Assembly: GCA_947474545.1 (NCBI GenBank)
Contig: CANJJI010000002.1
Coordinates: 3,623 to 67,622, forward strand
Direction of reading: 5' to 3'
From: Beijerinckiaceae bacterium
GTDB taxonomy: Bacteria; Pseudomonadota; Alphaproteobacteria; Rhizobiales; Beijerinckiaceae
Length of the DNA: 64,000 nt
In this document: positions 39,187 to 46,180 of the stretch, piece after piece
Layout: the number at the start of each line of letters is the position of its first letter
How positions within the stretch are numbered: position 1 is the first letter of the stretch
Translations under genes and position numbers: made by a program
The notes under the pieces: model-generated
What the model was told of the DNA's origin: nothing
The model's database searches: none
Seen by the model: the letters and a program-made list of their open reading frames with translations, nothing else

Positions 39187-40035
39187 TCAGGCAGCCACCC
39201 CCTGTAATATGGTGTCGGCGATGCCATGGAACGCGTCAACCGCCTCCCACATCACCCAATGCCCGGCTCCTGAAATGATATGAGATTGTGTATCGGGACG
39301 CAGCCCATGCAACAATTCATGTTGGGCCGCAACGCTGGGCGTAGCCGTCGGATCTTGATCGCCCGATACGGCATACATTTTCAGATCGAGCCCCTTCAGG
39401 ATCGATGTATCCAAGGTATCAATAAAAGTAGGCACTCGCAGCCGCGCCTGATCGAGATCACTGCGATAGACCTGCAGAGTCAGATCATCGGCCGATTCCG
39501 GATGGGCCAACATCAGCGCCCCCAGATTGTTGCGAAGAATCGCGTCCCGTTCGGCGCGATCCTCCACACCGCGCCAGCGCTTGAGCCGGTCTTGCGGTGA
39601 ATACTGCATGATACCCACCAAATGCCCATGCACCAGCGTAAGACTGCGCGCTTGGGCTTTAGACGCCTTGATCACCCATGGCGCCATGAAAGATCCCAGT
39701 GAAAACCCCATGATATCGTAGGTCTTCGCAGGCCCCAGAACCTGATCCAGCCCCGAGCCCATAATGACTCCGAGCGTCGCGAAACTCACGGGCTGCCCTG
39801 GATCGTCAGAATCTCCGTAGCCGGGCATATCGGCTACAATGACCCGGCGAGATTGCGCGAAATGTTCGATGTTGCGAAGCCAATGTTTCCAGGAGCCGGA
39901 TCCTCCGTGCAACAGCACCAGCGGCTCACCCTCACCCCAGATGCGCCAGACCATAGTGCCTTCGCCACAGGGCGTTTCCACGCGGCGCGCCTTGCCTTCG
40001 ATGGCGGCGACAATGGCGGCTGGATTTTGCATCAT
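39187..40035 (-). CDS. Alpha/beta-fold hydrolase
   Basis: LLHGGSG, DMPGYGDS, GFSLG elbow, GAGHW; start moved to MMQNP. Confidence 0.85.
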   Translation of the reverse strand: MMQNPAAIVAAIEGKARRVETPCGEGTMVWRIWGEGEPLVLLHGGSGSWKHWLRNIEHFAQSRRVIVADMPGYGDSDDPGQPVSFATLGVIMGSGLDQVLGPAKTYDIMGFSLGSFMAPWVIKASKAQARSLTLVHGHLVGIMQYSPQDRLKRWRGVEDRAERDAILRNNLGALMLAHPESADDLTLQVYRSDLDQARLRVPTFIDTLDTSILKGLDLKMYAVSGDQDPTATPSVAAQHELLHGLRPDTQSHIISGAGHWVMWEAVDAFHGIADTILQGVAA

Positions 40036-40154
40036 GGGCAGCATCCCTTTCAGTTCAGTGAGGCAGGCGTGTTGACAGACATGGGACTCCGGCACTTCAC
40101 TGCAAAGGCTGGCGCAAGACCGGCCGGCTGCACGCCGCACACAGGGAGATTGCC

Positions 40155-41321
40155 ATGCTTACCAGCACTGACCGCATTGTCACAACCCATGCTGGCGCCT
40201 TGCCGCGTTCCGCAGAATTGCGGCAGCTCGTTTTTGCCCGCGCCGCCGGAAGCGCCCATGACTCTGCTGAACTCAAGGCAAAACTTGCTGCGGAAACCGC
40301 TGCCTCAGTAGACAAGCAATTGGCGATTGGCATTGATAGTATCAATGACGGCGAGGTAGGCAAGACCAATTTCACCAGCTACTGCGCCGAGCGCATCTCG
40401 GGCCATCAGGAACGGATTTATGTTCATGGCAAAAGTCCGCAACCCCTCAACATCGCGGCGCGCGATGCACGCAAATACAAGGCCTATTTTGAATCGGGCA
40501 AGGGTGGATTCGCCAATCTGAATCTACCCAGAGCCCAGAGCTTTTGCGTTGAACCCTTGCACTTCACCGGACAGGCGGCTCTGGCCGAAGACATCGCTCA
40601 TTTCAAAGCTGCGCTGACGGGCAAGAATGCGCCGGAAGCCTATTTGCCGGCCAATACGCCGGGCACAATGGAGCACTGGCTCTATAATGATTATTATAAA
40701 ACCACGGAAGAATTTCTGTTCGCTATCGCCGAATGCCTGCGCGAGGAATATGAAGCCATCGTGAATGCAGGCTTTCTGCTGCAAATTGACGATCCAGATC
40801 TGCCTGATGGCTGGCTGATGTTTACTGACATGACGGTTGCCGAATATCAGACATATGCGCGCCTGCGGATTGATGCGCTCAATCACGCCCTGCGTAATAT
40901 CCCGCCGGAAAAAGTTCGTCTGCACGTGTGCTGGGGTTCGTTTCATGGCCCGCACAATGAGGACATTCCCCTCAGGGATATTGCGAATTTGATCTTTTCC
41001 GTCCGCGCAAAAGCCTTCTCGATCGAAGCTTCGAATCCGGCGCATGAACATGAGTGGCGTGTATTTGAGGACGTAAGACTGCCCGAAGGCTCAGTCCTGA
41101 TACCTGGCGTTGTCGGACATTGCACAGACTTTATCGAGCATCCCGAATTGGTTGCGCAACGCATCGTCCGTTACGCCAATCTGGTGGGAAAAGAAAACGT
41201 GATTGCCGGCACCGATTGCGGCCTTGCGCCACGCGTGGGGCATCCCAGCATCGTCTGGGGCAAGCTGGAAGCGCTGGCCGCTGGTGCGAAGATTGCTACA
41301 ATGCAGCTGTGGGGGCGGTGA
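40155..41321 (+). CDS. Cobalamin-independent methionine synthase II family (single-barrel core-MetE-like) Zn protein
   Basis: QIDDP, LHVCWG (HxC), SIE, PGVV, TDCG Zn-ligand pattern; no N-terminal MetE barrel. Confidence 0.85.
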   Translation: MLTSTDRIVTTHAGALPRSAELRQLVFARAAGSAHDSAELKAKLAAETAASVDKQLAIGIDSINDGEVGKTNFTSYCAERISGHQERIYVHGKSPQPLNIAARDARKYKAYFESGKGGFANLNLPRAQSFCVEPLHFTGQAALAEDIAHFKAALTGKNAPEAYLPANTPGTMEHWLYNDYYKTTEEFLFAIAECLREEYEAIVNAGFLLQIDDPDLPDGWLMFTDMTVAEYQTYARLRIDALNHALRNIPPEKVRLHVCWGSFHGPHNEDIPLRDIANLIFSVRAKAFSIEASNPAHEHEWRVFEDVRLPEGSVLIPGVVGHCTDFIEHPELVAQRIVRYANLVGKENVIAGTDCGLAPRVGHPSIVWGKLEALAAGAKIATMQLWGR

Positions 41322-41434
41322 GGGGTAAACACTCAAAACATTGTTTTTGCGAATAAATAATGCCAGACTAAGGCTGCTTGTATAGAACGTGCTCTGCGTG
41401 CAGGCCCCCGGAGCATTAAGCAATGGAGAATGAC

Positions 41435-41716
41435 ATGGCGCTTAGCAGATTCATCATCGAACGTGATATCCCTGCAGTTGGAACATTTGACCGTGAGGCG
41501 CTCCGTGGCGCTGCCGCCAAGTCAAACTCTGTCCTGAAGGAACTCGGTCCCGATATTCAATGGGTCGAGAGCTATGTCGCTGACAACAAGACGTTCTGTG
41601 TGTACCTCGCAAAAGATGAAGCCATTATCAAGAAACATGCTGAAATCAGCGGATTTCCGGCGACAAAAATAACCGAAGTCAAAAAGATGATCGATCCGAC
41701 GACTGCAGCAGCTTAA
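41435..41716 (+). CDS. DUF4242 family protein
   Basis: FIIERDIP, IQWVESYV, KTFCVYLA, HAEISGFPA; start moved to MALSR. Confidence 0.85.
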   Translation: MALSRFIIERDIPAVGTFDREALRGAAAKSNSVLKELGPDIQWVESYVADNKTFCVYLAKDEAIIKKHAEISGFPATKITEVKKMIDPTTAAA

Positions 41717-41741
41717 CATAAAGACGCTTCAACATTCTCGG

Positions 41742-41773
41742 ATTATCGCGCCTTGTATTTCAGGCGCGATAAT
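41742..41773. terminator. Bidirectional intrinsic terminator
   Basis: attatcgcgcct/aggcgcgataat perfect 12-bp stem followed by ttttatt; between convergent genes. Confidence 0.75.
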
Positions 41774-41797
41774 TTTTATTAGATTTGTCTTCAGGCT

Positions 41798-42208
41798 TCA
41801 AATTTCAAGGACAACGTAATCATTTTCAACAGTCACCGGAAACGTCTCTGCCACAAGCTCTTCCGCCAATTCGCCGCCGTGCTCCACATGCACATCGTAA
41901 AGCCGCACACGCATCTTTTGTGGATCGCATTGCGAACGGCCCGTGCGCACGTCAAATTCCCAGCCGTGCCAGGGGCAGCGGATAATCTCGCCATCGCGCG
42001 TCCATTCATAGGCCCCAGGCTCTTTGGCGATCACCAGGCCCGTCAGCTTGCCTGCGCAGAGCGAGCCGCCTTCATGCGGGCAGCGGTCATTCAGCGCAAA
42101 AAATTCGCCACGCACGTTGAACACGGTTATCTTGCGCTCTTCGGCTTCCACCAGTCGGCGTGTGCCCGGCGGAAAATCGGCGACGGCGGCTACCACATGT
42201 TTAGCCAT
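41798..42208 (-). CDS. Rieske [2Fe-2S] ferredoxin
   Basis: CPH...CPWHGWEFD; start moved to MAKHV, 5 nt after the amidohydrolase stop. Confidence 0.9.
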   Translation of the reverse strand: MAKHVVAAVADFPPGTRRLVEAEERKITVFNVRGEFFALNDRCPHEGGSLCAGKLTGLVIAKEPGAYEWTRDGEIIRCPWHGWEFDVRTGRSQCDPQKMRVRLYDVHVEHGGELAEELVAETFPVTVENDYVVLEI

Positions 42209-42212
42209 GGCG

Positions 42213-43247
42213 TCAGCCTCCCAGCCGTGAATAGGTGGCCAGCGGATTATCACGCATGATTTTTTTATGCAGCGCCGTGGGTATGCCCTTGGGCATGACA
42301 TCGTCGCCATCAAACTGCCAGTGCGGAAAATCCGATGCGTAAAGCAGGAAATCATCCGACTGGATCTGGTCGATGACTTTCTCGATCACCGACAAATCTT
42401 CCGGCCCGTCCAGCGGCTGCACGGTCATGCGCACATGATCGCGGATAATGTCCCCAGGCGGCCTGTCGATCCAGGGGACTTCACGCCGCACGCCGCGCCA
42501 GAATTTTGACAATCGCCAGATGAAACCAGGCAGCCATGTCACTCCGGATTCAATCAGCACTACTTTCAGGCTGGGAAACTTGACGAACACGCCTTCAGTC
42601 ACAAGGCTTGCGAGTTGCGCCTGAAATCCGAGCGATTGCGCGGAATAATCCTCCACATAATATGTGGTCCAGCCTAGCGACGTCACGGGATGGCGATAGG
42701 ACGAGCCAGCATGTATGCCGATGGGCAGCCCGTGCTTTTCCGCGGCTCGAAAAATCGGCCAGAACTGCCGCTTGCCCAACGGCGCTTCGCCATTGGCGAG
42801 CACCAGCACCTGAACAAACTGGCGATTGGGCGCGAGCCGCTCGATCTCATCCACGCAGGCCTCGATATCCTGCAACGGCAGGATGATCGAGGACGCAAGC
42901 CGCGCGTCCTTCGCCAGCCATTCCTGCGCAATCCAGTCGTTGAGCGCGCGGGTGAAGGCAATCGCCATATCGGTATTGTGAACAAGCTGGACGCCGTAAT
43001 TGCAATTAAGGATCGCGCGCTCCGCGCCCCATTTGTCAAACACCTGCGAGGTCAGGCCAGCAAAATCCAGCCCTGCCTTTTTCAGATCGGGCCGCGCGGT
43101 CAGCGGTGAGTTCGGCGGATAGGAAATGGATTCCAGCGAGGCAATGCCGCGATCGACAACCTGCTCCTGCCAATTGGCGTCCAGCCAGGGCATGAGGACT
43201 TTCGTCCCGGGAACAGCGGGATGAACGTCGCAATCAATAGGCTTCAA
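42213..43247 (-). CDS. Amidohydrolase-2 TIM-barrel protein; candidate partner subunit of a dinuclear oxygenase
   Basis: IDCDVHP, IGIHAG, LIESG, YASDFPHWQFD; TTG start with GGGGAG RBS. Confidence 0.8.
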   Translation of the reverse strand: MKPIDCDVHPAVPGTKVLMPWLDANWQEQVVDRGIASLESISYPPNSPLTARPDLKKAGLDFAGLTSQVFDKWGAERAILNCNYGVQLVHNTDMAIAFTRALNDWIAQEWLAKDARLASSIILPLQDIEACVDEIERLAPNRQFVQVLVLANGEAPLGKRQFWPIFRAAEKHGLPIGIHAGSSYRHPVTSLGWTTYYVEDYSAQSLGFQAQLASLVTEGVFVKFPSLKVVLIESGVTWLPGFIWRLSKFWRGVRREVPWIDRPPGDIIRDHVRMTVQPLDGPEDLSVIEKVIDQIQSDDFLLYASDFPHWQFDGDDVMPKGIPTALHKKIMRDNPLATYSRLGG

Positions 43248-43286
43248 GGTTTCGGCTCCCCGGATGTTTTGTTGCGCGCACCATAA

Positions 43287-43700
43287 TGGAAACGCCCGGC
43301 AATGCCCAAGGCAGAAATGTCGCGGGGAGGTCTCTCAACCCGTGGTTCCCAAGCAGCAGAAATAACCTGCCTGACTGGAGCGCGGGCCTCTGGCCCGCTG
43401 TTGCAAAAGATGTGGAACTGGAGCGCCACGCTCCCTGCGCGAATAGCTCCGCCGTGCGCACGCACGCGAGACATGAGGGCCCCGGGACGCTGGTTCGCCG
43501 TGAATGGGGTAGTAGGGTGCTGGCTTGCCAGCGTCCCGTAGTTCCGGCTTTTTTCGGTTCCTGCCAAACCACTTGCCGCTGCAGTCATAGTGCTGGGCGT
43601 TGGGAATCCAGAAAGGCCCTTGCGTTCCTTTCCATCCTGGCAGGCCGCTCCGGGATGCTTGCTCCCGGTAAGAGCAAGTCGCAGAGGCCGTGCCCCGCCC
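43287..43700 (+). ncRNA. Candidate large structured RNA (unassigned)
   Basis: No credible ORF. Helices 43291-43301/43591-43601, 43309-43314/43367-43372, 43321-43326/43339-43344, 43382-43398, 43420-43434, 43483-43493/43528-43538, 43658-43678; the imperfect pairs I checked are G-U only on the + strand. Confidence 0.4.
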
Positions 43701-43749
43701 GCCAATATGACCGCTCATGATCGGCCCCTCATTGCGCAGGGATGAGCGC

Positions 43750-43778
43750 TTTTAGAACAACATAGGAACATTTGTCAA
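43750..43778 (-). promoter_or_regulatory. Sigma70-like promoter overlapped by an alphaproteobacterial LexA (SOS) box
   Basis: TTGACA (43778-43773), 17-nt spacer, CTAAAA (43755-43750); GAAC-aacatag-GAAC at 43755-43769 matches GTTC-N7-GTTC. Confidence 0.65.
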
Positions 43779-43897
43779 GAAGAATTTTCTACATATTATG
43801 AAATATTTCCTATCAAACGGGAGAATGGCCGGCCCCGCCCGTTGACTTGAACACCTCGCTGGATGAACGTTCGCTCGCAGACTTCAGGGAGGGAAAA

Positions 43898-44920
43898 TTG
43901 GTCAAAATTGCCAACATCATGCACGGCGCAGGCGCCGCGCTCGCCATTTCGCTGATCGCAGCCAATCCGCTCGCCGCCCAATCGGCCGCCTGGGACAATG
44001 TCGTCGCGGAAGCGAAAAAAGAGGGCAAGCTCACCATCTACAATGGCACCAATTATCGCGTGGTGCGCATGGTGGCGGCGGAATTCACCAAAAAATACGG
44101 CATCCGCGTCGATGTGCTGGACGCCCGCACCACCGAGATCCGCGAGCGCATCCGCGTCGAGCAGGCCACAAACCGCACCGTCGCGAGCCTGAGTTTCAGC
44201 GGCTGGACAACCCTGTCCACCCAGCAGGCCGAAGGCGTCTGGCGTAAAGTGGACGCAATTCCCAACGTCGCGAAATTGCAGGATCCCCTTAAATCCAATG
44301 GCATGCTTGTGCCCGCAGTCACTGGCAGTTTCGCCATCGCGATCAACACCAGTCTCGTCAAGCCGGAAGACGAACCCAAAAGCTGGCACGACCTTGCCGA
44401 CCCCAAATGGAAAGGCAAAATCCTCTCCGATGATCCACGCGCGGCCGGCGCAGGCAATGTCTGGTTTGAAGCGACCTACAATGCCTTCGGCCCGGGCTTT
44501 CATGAAAAGATCAACGCACAGGGTCCCGTGTTCAGCCGCGTGTTTCCTGAAAACCAGCGACGGCTGGCGCGTGGCGAATTTGCGCTTTACATTCCCTTCG
44601 CGATTTCCGAAATCGCGGGCCTGCGCGGCCTGCCCGTAAAAGCTATCATCCCCGTGGAAGGCGCGCCCTATGTCCCCTTTGCCTGGGGCATGCTGCACGA
44701 TGCGCCCGCGCCCAATGCAGGCCACCTCTTCATCAACTACAGCCTGGAGGACGAGGCGCAGGCCGTCTTCGCCAGCGAGGGCTTCACTCCCGCCATCCCC
44801 GCCGCCCGCGAAAAAGTACCCGCGGACGTCAAGCCGCTTGTCAACGCCAAACTGCTGGGTACAACCACGGTCGGCAAGCTCGATGAAATGGTGAAGGCCG
44901 CACAGGCTCTGTATAAATAA
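43898..44920 (+). CDS. Orphan ABC substrate-binding protein (Fe3+/polyamine/thiamine SBP-like family)
   Basis: AKKEGKLTIY, PKSWHDLADPKWKGKI, ARGE; TTG start after AGGGAGG RBS. Confidence 0.85.
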   Translation: MVKIANIMHGAGAALAISLIAANPLAAQSAAWDNVVAEAKKEGKLTIYNGTNYRVVRMVAAEFTKKYGIRVDVLDARTTEIRERIRVEQATNRTVASLSFSGWTTLSTQQAEGVWRKVDAIPNVAKLQDPLKSNGMLVPAVTGSFAIAINTSLVKPEDEPKSWHDLADPKWKGKILSDDPRAAGAGNVWFEATYNAFGPGFHEKINAQGPVFSRVFPENQRRLARGEFALYIPFAISEIAGLRGLPVKAIIPVEGAPYVPFAWGMLHDAPAPNAGHLFINYSLEDEAQAVFASEGFTPAIPAAREKVPADVKPLVNAKLLGTTTVGKLDEMVKAAQALYK

Positions 44921-44947
44921 ACAAGCTCTTGATGAGGAAACGCAGCA

Positions 44948-45946
44948 ATGATCGATATCTACACCCACATTTTTCCTGATAAATTCTATGAGGAACTCAC
45001 CAAGACCTCGCCGAAACTCGGCAATATCGGCCAGCGACTGCGCGGCGTGAAACCGCTGTTCGATCTCGATATCCGCTTTCGCGACATGGACAAGATCGGC
45101 CCGGACTACCGGCAGGTCATTTCGCTTCCCAACCCGCCCATCGAGGACATTGCCTCGCCTGCGGACGGCGCACGTCTCGCCATGGTCGCCAACGACGCCA
45201 TGGCCGAACTGTGTGCGAAGCATCCGGACCGTTTCCCCGCCTTTGCCGCCGCCTGCTGCATGACCGACGTGGACGCGTCTCTGAAAGAAATCGACCGCGC
45301 TATCAACCAGCTCGGCGCGCGCGGTGTGCAGACATTTACGAACATCAAGGGCAAACCGCTCGACCTGCCGGAATTCGAACCCTTCTTCGCGGCGATGGCC
45401 AGGCACGATCTACCCATCTGGATGCATCCGGCCCGCACCGCGGAAGATTTTGCCGATTACACCACCGAGAAAAAATCCCGTTACGAAATGTGGTGGTGTT
45501 TCGGCTGGCCCTATGAAACCTCTGTCGCCATGTCGCGTATCGTTTTCAATGGCACTTATGATCGCTATCCTAATCTCAGCATCATCACCCACCATTGCGG
45601 CGGCATGATCCCCTATTACGACGGCCGCGTTGGCCCCGGTCTCAATGTGCTGGGCTCACGCACCATGGATGAGGATTATTCTGGTGTGCTGAAAGGCCTG
45701 AGGAAGCCGCATCTGGAATATTTCAAGCAATTCTACGGCGACACCGCCATGTTTGGCGCCAGCAACGGCCTGCACAGCGGCTATAAATTCTTCGGCGCAG
45801 ACCACGTAGTTTTCTCCACGGATTCGCCGCTGGGACCGGTGGCTGAATCCCTGAAAGCCATCGACGCGCTGGAGCTTTCACCCGCAGACAAGAAGAAAGT
45901 GATGTCCGGCAATGCCGAGCGGATCTTGAAGCTGAAGGCAAGCTGA
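44948..45946 (+). CDS. Amidohydrolase-2 family protein (decarboxylase/hydratase-like clade)
   Basis: IDIYTHI, PIWMHP, WPYETS, THHCGGMIP, FSTDSP. Confidence 0.82.
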   Translation: MIDIYTHIFPDKFYEELTKTSPKLGNIGQRLRGVKPLFDLDIRFRDMDKIGPDYRQVISLPNPPIEDIASPADGARLAMVANDAMAELCAKHPDRFPAFAAACCMTDVDASLKEIDRAINQLGARGVQTFTNIKGKPLDLPEFEPFFAAMARHDLPIWMHPARTAEDFADYTTEKKSRYEMWWCFGWPYETSVAMSRIVFNGTYDRYPNLSIITHHCGGMIPYYDGRVGPGLNVLGSRTMDEDYSGVLKGLRKPHLEYFKQFYGDTAMFGASNGLHSGYKFFGADHVVFSTDSPLGPVAESLKAIDALELSPADKKKVMSGNAERILKLKAS

Positions 45947-45961
45947 GAGCGGTCAAATAAT

Positions 45962-46055
45962 GTCATCCCGGAAAATCGTGCAAGGATTTATCCGGGACCT
46001 CCCGCCGCATCCAACCCAACAATCCCGGCTCTGCGCTTTGCTTGGCCGGGATGAC
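45962..46055. repeat. REP-doublet (REPIN/BIME-like) element
   Basis: gtcatcccggaaaatcg...gatttatccgggac...cttggccgggatgac; terminal inverted repeat gtcatcccgg/ccgggatgac. Confidence 0.8.
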
Positions 46056-46180
46056 GTGGCAGGCCGGAAGGTCACATCCGGAACAACCGCAGTATTTCCG
46101 CCTGCCCGCCAACCATGCTAACCACACCTTGAAGCGCCCCACCGGCGCGCCAGCTTTGACTCATCTCCAAGGAGCCCGCC

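Noticed and set aside
43287-43700. Group II intron (short strings gcccggca, aaggcagaa...ctgcca, ggggaggtct and aagtcgcagaggccgt recall IIC domain I/III)
   Set aside because: No GUGYG 5' end, no domain V, no RT ORF, and motif order differs; a degenerate derivative cannot be excluded without a covariance model
43234-43720. ORFs 43244-43705(-), 43234-43572(-), 43286-43720(+) and 43302-43541(+) as proteins, including an imuA remnant
   Set aside because: No family motifs, no ImuA-like sequence in any frame, low-complexity composition; the TTGA overlap of 43244-43705 with the amidohydrolase start may be chance
43250-43745. RNase P RNA, tmRNA, cobalamin or TPP riboswitch
   Set aside because: Hallmarks absent: GAGGAAAGUCC, tRNA-like ends with an ANDN-type tag, ccgcaactgt/B12 box, ctgaga core
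43796-45406. 536-aa antisense ORF, and similar long shadows at 24861-25967, 46994-47935, 49286-50233, 54430-55623 and 56520-57839
   Set aside because: Each lies opposite a well-supported gene; expected from codon bias in GC-rich DNA; no motifs
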